Positions 1 through 12,400 of a stretch of DNA of 64,000 nt are shown piece by piece (the stretch's first letter is position 1; every line of letters starts with the position of its first letter). The DNA is from Cycas panzhihuaensis (taxonomy: Eukaryota; Plantae; Cycadophyta). The stretch is taken from positions 235,979,741-236,043,740 of the forward strand of contig CM041465.1 in assembly GCA_023213395.1 (NCBI GenBank). The letters run 5' to 3'. A program made the position numbers and the translations under genes. Below the pieces are notes generated by a model. It was not told the DNA's origin. It saw only the letters and a program-made list of their open reading frames with translations, and searched no databases.

Positions 1-509
1 TATGTTACATCATACATATAGGAAGTTGATGTCCTTGTAGGGGGGTATAATTATATGAGTCTATATATGACCCCTTGGAGGCCCGTGCTTTCCCCTGCCA
101 AAATCACATACATGTCTCCTACACTACTGCTGCCCCGATCCTGGGGTACCATCTCCTAGCCTGTGTTATCCCTCTCTTGGGGACCACATCCCTCCAAGGC
201 TCCTCTTGGGCCTCCACGAGCTCCCTGCCTCACTCCCCTCGTCACGTGGCCATCTCAGGGTCGTCGCTGCTGTGTGGGTATACGTCCTGCTCCAGCTTGA
301 CCTTGACACCACCTGGTCCATGAGCTAATCATATCTAGCCTGGATATGATCCCTCTCTCCCCGGAGTCTCTCCTCCATACTCTGGAATCTCTCCTCTGTC
401 GCCCTTAGATGCTCCTCCAGTACTACTATCTAGACCATGCTCCTTGTATCTCCACTTGCTCCTCCCTGAGCCTCTAGAGCCTAGACCCATCCTGTTTCCC
501 TGATCACCT

Positions 510-1379
510 TTGCCTTTTGGCCCTGTCGCCCATTGTGCTCTTTTGATGCCCTTTTTGCACTCTCTTGTAGGTGCATTTATGGTGCCTTATTTTTGCACTT
601 TTTTCCAGAGCCCTTCTATCTCATTTTATGTGCTACTCCCATGCACGCCCGAGTTTATACTCGTTTCACTCGTTTCACAGTCTCGGACTCGTTTTCGCGG
701 CCCTTTTTCACTCTTAGGGTATCCAAACAGAATGCTCCCTCATCTGGGGGTATGTTTTGCTTCCCGAAGCAACCTTTGGTCCTCTAGGGCACCCTTTCTC
801 TACCCCCTCTCAGGTGGTAGTTAGACCGCTTGCTTTCGTTCTTGGGTAGCCTCATTGCTAGGTCCTCCTACCCTTCACGGCCACCTTTTGCTTGCCTTTT
901 GAGTATCTCTTTCATTTCACTATTATCTATTCACTACTAGGACTTTGTATCCGCTCATGTCCCTCTACATTTTTACCGATGGTGGAAGCCATGGTAACCC
1001 TGGACCTTCTGCCACTGCATGGATCCTTCGTAGCCCCTCCAGACACATTTTCCTATGCTCTGGGGTCTTCGTCCCAGAGGCTACCAATAATGAAGTCGAG
1101 TACACAACTATTATTGAGGCCCTCACCGATGCTCTCCATTTCCATCACGAATCTATCATTTTACTTTGCGACTCTCAAGTTGTAGTGTCCCATCTCACCC
1201 TAGTTTACTAGGTGTGATGCCCCCACTTAAGAATTCTTGCTTCCGCCGCCAGATCCCTCCTAGCACGCTTTTTATCTATTGACATTTAGCACATCCCTTA
1301 GGCCCTCAATGCTGGGGTAGATAGTCTCATTTGCCTCATCCTTGAGCGTCACCTTCCCCTTCTTGCTGACTATCCCTGA
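510..1379 (+). pseudogene. Stand-alone ORF ending in archaeal-type RNase H (aRH / RVT_3-like), interrupted by point stops
   Basis: YIFTDGGSHGNPGPSATAW...ATNNEVEY...LLCDSQVVV...HIP*ALNAGVDSL contains all four acidic catalytic positions. ORFs 510-824 and 945-1211 share one frame, which continues to TGA at 1377-1379 with only in-frame stops. Confidence 0.85.
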
Positions 1380-1540
1380 GGCTTATCTGGCCACCCTGTC
1401 GCCCAAGCCCTAGGTCATCATGCGCCTCACTTTGCGATCTGTTCATACCTCTGAAACCTAGCCGCTAATGAGGCTAAACTATGGTGACTACTATTTTTGT
1501 TTACTCTTCTACTTAATTATGCACATCTCTCTACATATTT

Positions 1541-4511
1541 TGTGTTGGGGGTAGCCCCCTCGCCTCTCGTATTTTCTAGTCGATTTCTGGGTGGCACATA
1601 GGCAACCCCTATGTTGTCTCCACCTCTACCTTCTTATCCACACATTTTTCCACGACACTTGCCAGCACCCTTGCCTACTGTTATGATCTTGATTTATATA
1701 TCTATATACACATGTGCTACTGATAGTTGTGTTGCCAGCATTCGCCATCGCACCGTGCTTCTGAGCAGCGAGGCTCTGCTACTAAGGCGGTGTTTCCCGA
1801 CACGGGAATGGATACAGAGTGGTCGACTCAGGTAAGTACATGTATGCTTCTTGCCTTATCATTATCTTCTTTTAAGATGAGAGTATGCTTGCATGTTGTG
1901 ATCTCGTAGATGATCTTGTCATCATCTACACCTATTTAGCCTATGACGACTATAGTGGGGGCACATTCCTAGTGAGTGTGGCACCCTAGTGGCCATTCCA
2001 CTTCTCGCATTCTGCCCTACTCACCTCAAGACCCATTTGGCTCATGTTATCCTTGCCCGTACGATGTCCTATCATTGTTTGGTTAACTTGTCACATCTTT
2101 TGAGTCCTATTTTTGCTCTTATGACTCGTTTGTTGGCTTGTCTGCCCTTGGGTAGGTGTCTCAGCCCCCCACCAATCTCCTTGGTCATTGGCCCACAACC
2201 CAGGTTAGCTGTCTGGGCCAGATTTGGCCTCTAGTCCTATACCGCTATAAATATTGTGGTACTTCTACAAATATCGTGGTACTGCAAAATTTGCGGCGGT
2301 GCGATTCTCTCAGTTTATTTTTAAAAACCCACCGTGGAAATTTCACGTTTATTGCGAAACTGCCACATGTTTCGTGACTTGACTCACCGCCAGTTGCACC
2401 CTAATCATTCATTTAGGGTATAGGCTAGGTATTAAGGTCTTCCCTAAGTTATTTTTAGGATCTTTTTACTCATTTTTATAAAGTTCTCAAGGAAAACGCC
2501 CTGTGATCTATTGTTCCCTGCTCAGCTAACTCGCCGATGTGACTGCAACCATTCTCTTGCACCTAACTCTCCTTTGGTATGGTTGTGACATCTTCCTAGC
2601 CCCTTGCATGCCTTGGAGAGGGCCTCTTTGGAGAGATCTTAGCACTTCCTTACCCGGGCAGGCATCAAGCATCTTCAAGTGCAGGTGTTTCCTTCAGCCT
2701 CATTAATAGGGGTTCCATACCTACTGTTCCATAGTCCTTTGGTAGATTTCTTAGCCTTTTTTTAGTAGTTCTTGACTGAGGCAAAAACCTCCCTTCTCTT
2801 CTTCAGGTATTTGTTGGTTTAAGTTTTTTTTTTTATCCAATTTATGCCCCATTTTGCATGTCATTTCTAGCTCTTCTTGGTTTGCTCTTTGAAGGTTATC
2901 CTTGTCTTATTTTGGGCTATCCTTTTTCTGCCATTAGGGCCTCCTTTCCTGTGTTTCTTGCTCAAGACAATGGCAAAGAGGGGTTACATAAGGTTTGGGT
3001 GAGAGACAGGTGGATTCTGCACCACCTTCCATGCTCCTTAAGAGGCTCTTTGCCCTCCAAACCTTCCTTTTTGCCCTGTGTTGCTCTTGGTAGGGAAATA
3101 AGGGTTTGTTAGGCTATTTTTAGCCACTAAAATCAGTGTTGTCACTCATTACAGTGCTGGTTTGAGGGCTTATATCTCGATCTGGGCAACTCACATAAGC
3201 CTCGACTACTTGTCCCTTGCCCAACTTCTTTCTTGATAACCCGGTTTGCTACCCATAGCACCCCAGTTTGTTGTAGATCCTTTTGGGCTTTTTTTGACTC
3301 TTGTTGCCTCTATTTCTAGCCTTTTTGCATAGCCATACCCTCGCTACCTTGTGGCTTCTTGAGGGAGGGTTGTTCCTTGCAAGAGATGGGCCACTTCGAG
3401 GCTTACCAGTTTACTCTTCATTTATTTTGGTTATTTTCCTCTATAGTTTATCATCGTTATATTGAATACTAATGTGCATGTATTTAAGTTTATGCTTGTC
3501 TCATATATATATGTATTATTAGGATTTTATGTTGTATGCTAGCACCCTTTCTCTGGAAAGGGGATACTCTCATTTACTTGCAGGTACATGGAGGACGCAA
3601 ATGATCCATTCCTTTTTCCTCTCTCACGGGTAAGTGCTTCCGTTTATGTTTTTATTTTAGTATTTCATTTGTTGCTAGCATCTTGTTCCTTTCCTTTCCT
3701 TTTTTGGTGCCTTAGTACTGCTTTTAGGGAAGGTAAGGAAGCCCCACATTTTGGCCTATCACAACCCTTCACGTCTGTTGTGCTTCGCGGAGCGACTTCA
3801 GGTACCTCGTGGGAACGCTACCGCTTCGTCACGCATCTCCATTCTAGGTATATACTCTCACTCTACCTCATCACTTTTTCCTTAAGTTTCTTGTATGATA
3901 GTAATTAGCTTATCGGAAAGAGAAAGAGGAAACCAACCCTTGTCTTGATTTACATTTCATTTACTTTACTTTTTGCATTACATTTGTTATAGGAAAATGT
4001 CCTAGGAAGTCTTCCCCTTTCACATTTTCCCCCTTTGCCTTACAAACTCACCCCTTTGCTTCACTAACTTGCTTTGCTTGGTTAGTTTGCTTGCATATAT
4101 TTCTACTTCTCCTTTTTGTTGTCTCCTTTGCCTTCTTTCTCGGTTTTCCCTGCTTAGCTGGATAACCGAGGGTATCTCATTTGTAGGCCATTCGCTTGCC
4201 TACCTTTTCCTTGTTTTCCTTTGCTCTAGGGGAACCCCTTGAAGGGTTCTTTCCTTTCCCTTCTAGCCATCCAAGGGTGGAAGGATCCTTTCCTTAGGTC
4301 ATCCCAGGCTAACCCTGTGCCTCCTCTCTTCTTGTTTTAAGTGAGGAACCACTTCTAAGTAACTATATACCATTTGCAAGTCCCAAACTCACGCTCTGGT
4401 GCACGTGGCACCCTGCGTGGTATTTGCCTTACTTGTAGGTCTTTTCTCAATTATACCATCGACCACCCTTGCCATTCTTACTTCGTTAGGTAGCTATCCT
4501 GTAGACGCACA
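1541..4511 (+). repeat. Long (~3 kb) LTR of element A; start uncertain
   Basis: Patchy homology to 15665-~18500 and 54241-~57200 (both reverse strand), including the identical 16-mer GGGAAGGTAAGGAAGC at 3727-3742. CA terminus at 4511. No clear PPT to fix the start. Confidence 0.55.
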
Positions 4512-4518
4512 TCTAATA

Positions 4519-7500
4519 TCCAAAACCATATCCTCTTGGATGGCTGCAAAAAGATTCAGAGTTACATGTTACTCACTAATGTAAGTTTAAATTTGCAATA
4601 TCTGAAAAGTTCATTGATGAAGTTGAATGTGAGGTAGTCCCTTTGGATGTTTGTCAAGTTGTGTTTGGCAGCCCATATCTCTATGATAGAGATGAAGTTC
4701 ATCATAGGAGGCTAAGAAAGATTCAACTCGTCAAGGACAGGAAATCATATCTTATCAATGTATCAAAGTCACAAAAGAAGATCTCTCTCATATCTTCCCA
4801 ACAAGAGAAAAGATTAATTAATGCTTATAGGAAGTTTGTGCTATTGATAATAAAACAAAAGGTAGAAGAAAAAGAGCAAGCAGAGTCCTCAATATAGGCA
4901 CTGGATAGGAAGCAAGTGCAGCAGATTAAAGGCCTAAGGAATAGGTACAATGACATATTCCAAGAGCCAAAAGGACTGCCCCCTAAAAGGGTAATTGAAC
5001 ATGAAATTCAGCTGGTTGTTGATTCACCTTTGCCAAATCATAGTCTCTACCGAAACTCAGTTTTAGAGAATGAAGAGATTAAGAAGCAGATTCAAGAACT
5101 CTTGGAACAAGAAGTGATCAAGCCAAGTTGTTCCCCATGTGGTTCACTTATTATTTTGGTGCCAAAAAAAGATGGAGGATGGAGAATGTGCATTGACTAC
5201 CAGGCTTTGGACAAGATCACCATAAAGAATAGACATCCCTTACCATGGATAGATGACTTATTAGACCAGTTATAGTTGGCAAGATATTTCAGCAAATTGG
5301 ACCTGAAATCAGGCTACCATCAGGTTCAAATCTGAGAGGAGGATACTTGGAAGACAACCTTCAAATTGAAGGAAGGATTATTTGAATGGTTGGTGATGTC
5401 GTTTGGTCTGTGCAATGCACCTGCCACCTTCATGAGGTTGATGAATGAGGTATTAAGACCCTTTATTGATGACTTTGTAATTGTTTATCTAGATGATATT
5501 CTGATTTTTAGTCATACATGGGAGGAGCACCTTCAACATGTCAAGCAAGTGCTCAAAGTTCTCTAAGAGCAGCAGTTGAAACTCAATCTAAAGAAGTGCG
5601 AGTTTGGAAAGCAATCTTTCGTCTTCTTAGGTTTTGTGGTTGGAGGAGGAGAATTAAAGATTGACCCAGTAAAGATTAAAGTCATTCTTAATTGGCTCAC
5701 ACCCAAGACAACCACATAGGTAAGAAGTTTCATTGGTGCATGTCAATATTTAAGAAAATTTATTTTTAGATTCTCTCAAATTGTAGCACCTCTTCATGCA
5801 TTAATGGGAGGATATGCAAAGTTTCATTGGGAGAATGAACAAGAAAAAGCTTTCAAGCTTTTGAAGCAAAAAAATTGTGAGGCACTAGTGTTAGCTTTAC
5901 CCTTGCTGCAGAAGCCATTTGAATTAGAGACTGATGCTTCAGGTTATGCCATGGGAGAAGTATTGAAGTAAGAAGGAAAACTGATAGCATACCATTCAGA
6001 GATATTTAATGGAGCTATCATAAACTACCCAACTTATAATAAGGAACTCTATGCATTACACTAAGCAGTGAAGCATTGGAGACCATATTTATTGGGAAAA
6101 GAAGTGGTCATCCACACTGACCATAAGCCTTTGTAATTTTTGCAGACTCAGTCCAAATTGCAGTAGGCTAGGCACATGAAGTGGATGTCCTATTTGCAGC
6201 AGTTTCACATCATGGTTAAATACAAGAAAGGAACGATGAATAAGATTAAAGACTTGCTGTCCAAACCTCCTCAATAGCAAGGTTTTTCCAGTTTGTTGGT
6301 AGCTATGCAATTTCAACCTTTCTGTGTGATGAATATATTGATTTATACTTGAAAGATGAGGCATTCAAGCCTATCTTTGAGTAGCTACAACAAGGAAAAG
6401 TAGTTATGGATTTCCAGCTGAAAGATGGCCTTCGTTTTAAGTAAGAAAAGATTTGCATTCCAAAGCATGTAGATCGAATGAAATGGGTAAGGGAAGCTCA
6501 CACCTCTCAAGTTGCAGGACACTTTGGAGTGGTAAAGACATTGCTAAACTTGTAGCGATATATGTATTGTCTAAATATGCAGTAAGATGTGACTACAAAG
6601 TACGAGGGTATACATTATGTAGCATATCAAAGCTAGCTAATAGGAAGTTTGGATTGTATATTCCACTTCCTATTCCATCACGACTGTGGAAAAGTATCTC
6701 CTTGGATTTTTTGGGAGGACTACCACGAACCAAAAATAGTATGGATTATTTGTTTGTAGTTGTTGATCTGTTCAGTAAAATGGTGATGTTGATTCCCTGT
6801 AGGAAGATACATACAGGAGAAGACATAGCTAGATTATTCTTCTAGCATGTTTGGAAGTATTTTGGACTTCCTAACTCAATCATTTCTAATCGAGATAGTA
6901 GATTTCTGAGTCATTTTTAGCAAACACTTTGGGAAATGATGGATACGAAGCTAAAGATGAGCATGACTTTTCATCCTCAAACAGATAGCTAGATTGAAGT
7001 TGTTAATAGGACATTGGTACAATTGTTATAAGGATACAATGCCAAGCATCCTAAGACTTGGGATGAAAGTCTCCCATACTTGCAATTTGCATTCAATAGA
7101 GCTATCCATAGCTCAACCCAAAAATCACCATTTGAGGTATGTTTGGGATTCTGCCTGCAAGTCCTTTCAATCTAGAATTTTCTACTTAACTTTCTGCAGG
7201 AAATGGAAAGGAGGAAGAAGGAGATGAAAAGTCACAAAGATTCTTAGAAAGAATTAGAAAAATCCATCAACAGGTTAAAGAGCAGCTTCAAAAATCTCAA
7301 CATAGATACAAATAGTGGCATGATACACATAGAACTAGCCATTCCTTTAAGGAAGGAGATAGAGTTTGGTTGTACCTTAGTAATAAAAGATTGCAAGGTG
7401 AAGGCAAAAAGTTAAAGCCTATACAATATGGTCCTTGTACAATCTTGAAGAAAATTAGGGAAAATGCTTTCCAGCTTGAACTTCTAGAATTCATGAAAAT

Positions 7501-7771
7501 GTGTTCTATAGTGAATGTTGAAAATCTGAAGATGTTCAACCCATCCATATTGGATGAAGATGAAGACAGAGTTCCACTCTTACCAAATCCAGAGGAGTTG
7601 CGAATAGAGAAAGAGGAACCAATGCAAAATAATTGCATTCTTCAAAGGAAGCAGACCAAGACTTGAAGAGGCATAATCAAGTCCTTTAAAATTACAGAAA
7701 AAGGACAAGTACCTAGCAAAGCAAAATGGTACAATAAGGAGATAGGAAAAAATAAATTCCCTCATCTATAA
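4519..7771 (+). pseudogene. Ty3/gypsy pol (protease C-terminus, RT, RNase H, integrase, chromodomain-like tail), multiple stops
   Basis: PKPYPLGW...VVPLDVCQVVFGSPYLYDR; [14 protein letters not shown]; [12 protein letters not shown]; [12 protein letters not shown]; ETDASGYAMG; WKSISLDFLGGLP; QYGPCTIL; tail KGQVPSKAKWY. Confidence 0.92.
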
Positions 7772-7814
7772 CTATAAAGTTCATGAGGCCATGAACTCTT
7801 AAAAAGGGGAGTTC

Positions 7815-8811
7815 TGATCTGTTTTCAAATCTTTAAGTTCATAATACTCTTAAAATACCTTGTTTTTCATGTTTATGATCTTCATTTAGTAGAAAAATGC
7901 CTTAAGAGGCTTAAAAAATGCAAAAAAAAGTGCAATTATAACTGCAACCCAGGTGCAACCACTACGGACCCAAGTGTAGCCACTACGGACCTAGGTGTAA
8001 CTCTGAGAAAATGGAAAACGAAAAAATTAAAAATGATAGCATTTTTGGTAGGGTAAACGAAGTCTGTTTCTCATAGAATTTTAGGAGGATCTTTTCACAC
8101 ATGTCCTCTATATGATTAAAGAGAAAAACCTCCTAATTAAATGGATTTAATCAAGATTTCTTTAACTGTTTTGAATCCATTGAAGAACAGAAAAATAAAA
8201 AACCTATTGTAGAATAAAAATGCATTATAGGGTTTTATAATGGAAGTATCTCGGCATAAAGGACAGAGAGAGAGAGGACACCCATAGCCATAGACACAGT
8301 ACATGGATAAAGATTTGAGGAAAGTTATCTAAAATTACTTTCTGAAAAGAGAGAATGGCTCCAAAAATAGAAATTCTACGTAAGAGAGAAAAAGGAATGA
8401 AAGTGCAATGGAACAACACCCAAAATCTATTGTGGGGATCATGAAGGAGCACAAGAAATTGAAATTGCAGCTGAAGAAGGAAAATAGCAGCAGTAATAGT
8501 CCAAGAAAGAGATGCCAATATGATTTCTTCACCAAGAAAAGAGATTTTTGGTTATCGGCAACCAAAACTCTATGCAAACTTCAAAGATAGTGGTTCCAAA
8601 GAATGTACAGCAGCTTAAGAAGTGCCCAGCACTCAGTTCTTCTCTCCCAACTTACTATAGCAGTCATTTTCATGCTTAATATAGCACAAAAAGAAGGAAT
8701 TTTGTAAGAAAATTCAAAAATATCTTTAAATTTATGTAATATTATTATAAATTTATTCTGGATTTGTTTCAATTGGATTAAGTCTTCATTTTTCCATTCA
8801 AATTCAGATCA
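7815..8811 (+). repeat. 3' LTR (997 bp) of the CRM-like element
   Basis: Follows the PPT and has perfect 7-bp inverted termini TGATCTG/CAGATCA. The sequence after 8811 is the integrase core of another element. Confidence 0.85.
7948..8000. repeat. 21-bp tandem repeat (~2.5 copies) inside the LTR
   Basis: ccactacggacccaagtgtag / ccactacggacctaggtgtaa, preceded by the partial copy cccaggtgcaa. Confidence 0.8.
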
Positions 8812-11800
8812 AGTAATAAGGAGAAGAAGTTTTGTGGGATATCTTAAACTTCCCATAAAGCTTATCCATCTCTTTATTACAAAAAGGAGTACCATTATCT
8901 ATGGTTAAGATATCAAGGACCCTGAATCTATAGATAATGTGCTAGTAAATGAAGGTATCTATAGCCTTGCTGGTAATAGAAGATAAGGGTACTGCTTTAA
9001 TCCATTTGGTAAAATATTCTATCATAGTCAAGATAAACTTGTGTTACAATAAAAAAGGAGGAGTTATGACTCTAATGAGGTCTAATCCCTATTGGGAAAA
9101 AGGCCACAGAGAAATAATCAAGTGTAAGGCCTTGGAAGATGAATGGATGACATTGGCATGTTCTTGACATCTACAACATCGTAAGGCATAGGTATGGGCA
9201 TCCTTGAAGAGGGACAACTAATAGTAACCCATGTAGAGGATCCTCTAGGCCATGGATTACCCCCCAAAGTGGCCCCCAAAAATTCCATTATGACATTCAT
9301 GAAGTATCTGGTTTGCCTCGTCGGGGTTGATATAGTAAAGGAGGACCCCATTGAAGGATCTCTTGTATAACACCTCCTCCATAAGGAAGTATTGCCTAGC
9401 AGTGGCCCTAACTTGTGACCTCACCTTGTCACTAGCATTAGAATGGTACTGTTGTCTAGTAATGTATCGTATACTATTCCCATACCACTCGTTATTAGCC
9501 AATGGATGGGAGGATGAGTCTTGAATAGAAAAGATAGCCTTGTGTGATAAGGAATCATTAATAGGAGCATTAGAAGGGTTAGGAATAGGGGCGTTGTCTA
9601 GTTGCTCAGTGACCATCATCCCCTTCTTTGATTTCCTGTTAATGATTTGAAGAGTATATTCTTAAAGGAGGATGGCCCATTTGCCGGTCCTACTAATTAA
9701 GTTAGTTCAGGTTAGGAGGTATCTCAAGGGATCAGATTAGATGATCACTTGAGTGGTGTTACCGAGTAAGTAATGTCTAAATTTCTTAGTTACGTGAACC
9801 AAGGTGAGGCATTCCTTCTTGGTAGGGGAATAATTAGACTCAGTAGCAACTAAGGTGTGACTAATGAAATAAATGGCTCTCTTGGTTCCTAAATTGTCCT
9901 CCTAGGTGAGCATATCCCTTAAGGATTCATCAGTAGCCAAGGTGGAAAGGATAAAGGGTCAATCAAAGAGAGGAGGCACTAAAATTAGGGTGGAAGCTAA
10001 GGCTCTTTTGAGCTCTTTGAAAGCTTCCTGGGCCTTTAGAGACCAAATGAATGGGGTCCCCTTCTTCAATAAGTTAGTGAGGGGTTTAGTATTTATGGTG
10101 AAGTTTGCCAGGAAATACCTAAGAAAACCAAGCCTACCTGAGAACAACTTGATTTACCATTGAGTCTTAGGCAGAGACATGTCAAGGATGGCCTTGACTT
10201 TATCGGGTCAATCTGGATTCCTTGCTTAGAAATAAAGAAACATAGGAGTTTGCTAGCTGTTATAGCGAACACACATTTAAGGGGATTCAGGCTAATATGA
10301 TATTTATGGCATATAGTAAAGATGGCATGCAAATCATCAGGATGATGGGCCCTTTTGTGAGAAAGACCCATCATGTCATCCATGAAGACCTTGAGGGTTT
10401 TGTTTATGAGGTTATAAAAGATAAACTACATCACCCTTTAGTAAGTAGTGCCTACATTTTTTAGTCCAAAGGGTATCGCTTTATAAGCCAAGCTACCCCA
10501 AGGAGTGGTGAAGGCTATTTTATGACAATCTTGGGGAGAAATCTAGATTTTATTATAACCAGAGAAGCCATCCATTAAAGATATGACTTCAAATCTAGTG
10601 GTTTGATTGATGATTTGATCAATAAAAGGGAAGGAGAAGTTGTCTTTGGGATATGCATTGATAATATCATAGAAATCAATGCATATATGAAATGTCCCAT
10701 TCTTTTTAGTGATGAGGACAATATTTGAGACCCACTTAGGGTAGTCAATGGAAGTGATCAACCCTGCATCTAAGAGTTTTTCAACTTCTATTTTGATGGC
10801 AGTAGGTAACTTAGGATGGAGAGGGTGCTACTTTTGCCACATGGGGTAAGTACCCAGGATAGTAGTAAGGTTGTGGGTGACAATGGAGGGATCTATTCCT
10901 TTCATATCAGTGTAATCCCATACAAAAATGTCACAAAACTCCTAAAAAAGAAGGGTGCATTCCTTCATATCTTCAGGGGAACATTCTGCTCCCACCGTGA
11001 TGACCTTACGATGGGTGTGGATGATGTCCTTGGTTGTCCCTATGCACATGGCACTCACTTCCTCAAAATGAAGGGGAGCTTGGTCAATAGAAAAAGGCAA
11101 AGAGGAATTAGGTTGACTTGGGTCAGTTAAGGATAAACCAAGAGCTAGAATCTTCCAATAACCAAGTTTATGGTGACCAAGAGGGAGGTTAGGCATGGAG
11201 CCTTCTAGATGCTCTAATAATGCCTCGTCATTCTTGAAGAAGCCTACCCCATGGATAGTTATGCTTGGAGAATACGAGGAGTAAGGAATAGAAGGAGTGG
11301 TGGGATCATAATGATCGACCCACCGCTCAATATAGTCAAGGAAATCTTGAAAAGAGTCAGAGGGCAACCCCTATGACATGGGACAAGGGGTTCCCTAACC
11401 TCATCACTCGAGGAGGATGATGAGATGGAAGGTGAAGCGGCATGGGAAGTCACATAAGAGATAGGAGTAGTGAAATGTGACTCGGTACAAGGACTAGGAT
11501 CCTCAATGGAAGAGGCTTTAGGTCAAGACCTAAAACGAAGCAAATGCCCCCTACTCATGTTTAGGAGGGATATGGGATGAGGGAGGTCCTCGTCCTCGCT
11601 ATCAGGCTCATCGTCGCTTAAAATTGTGAGGTACCAATAGCTCCTTACACCAATAGAGGTGAAACAGATGAGGTTGGAAGAAGAAGATGAGGGACCTTCT
11701 TCCAGACAAGATGGGTTAGGGATGTCAATAGTATAAGTGAAAGCATGAGTGGATGGGCCTTTGTTACCCTTCACTAGATCTCAAACTGCTTGATGAGATT

Positions 11801-12400
11801 GGTTTGATTGTTTAGTAGGAGGAGGCTCCCAGGAAATAATCTTCATTCATCCTTCATGGACAAATTTGAGTTGTCCCCAATGGGATAAACACATGGTTCC
11901 CATCTAATCAAGCTATGGATGTACCAATAGAAGGTTGTAGTTGACATCTACATCAAGGACTACAATGTTAGTGAGGATGATTTTGTCCTCAAGGGTAAGA
12001 GGAATGGAAATAGAACCTAAAGGTATTTTCTTGCTTCCATCATAGCCTTGAAAATGCCACAGAAGTAGCTCAAGAGCTGCTATGCCTAGCTCTTGTATGA
12101 TGCGTAAAAGCATAACATTAATAGAAGAACCATTATCTACAATAGTTCTTTGAAGAGTACACTTGAGAGTATCTATGTATATAGTGAAAGGGTAGTTCCA
12201 TTAGCATTCCCTTTCATTGGTCAGGGGGAGATCTTTAAGGTCAAAAGAGATAATGGGTTCCCAGCTTGGGGCAACACCTAAAGTGTGGACGAAAGCATCC
12301 ACCAACCCTAAAGTCTCTAAGAGGAGAGAACACCACTCTAGGCAACTCCTTAGAACATCCATCATAGATATCTTAGTAGCCATGGTATGAAGCTCATCTA
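8812..12400 (-). pseudogene. pol of element B (PR, RT, RNase H, integrase N-terminal half)
   Basis: VDVNYNLLL; YPKWVSNIVLITKKNGTFHICIDF; PKDNFSFPFIDQ; MDGFSGYN; VFMDD; LNPLKCVF; ILHECHNGIFGGHFGG; KFKISHKTSSPYY ending at 8812. No aRH between RH and INT. Confidence 0.9.

Larger units (their letters stand above)
1..4511 (+). mobile_element. 3' portion of a Tat/Ogre-like Ty3/gypsy element (element A): antisense ORF remnant, RNase H ORF, 3' LTR
   Basis: 1-480 matches the reverse complement of ~60800-61330, and 500-1500 matches the reverse complement of ~57590-58560. The LTR ends ...GACGCACA at 4511, where chromovirus protease coding sequence starts abruptly. Confidence 0.7.
4512..8811 (+). mobile_element. 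Chromovirus Ty3/gypsy element, CRM-like, 5' part displaced by element A
   Basis: PR-RT-RH-INT order, PPT AAAAAGGGGAG at 7801-7811, and a 3' LTR with TGATCTG...CAGATCA termini. Confidence 0.8.

Noticed and set aside
945-1379. RNase H from a LINE or a host RNase H1 gene
   Set aside because: No LINE endonuclease, RT or poly(A) tail is nearby, and three copies sit at equivalent positions inside Ty3-type elements.
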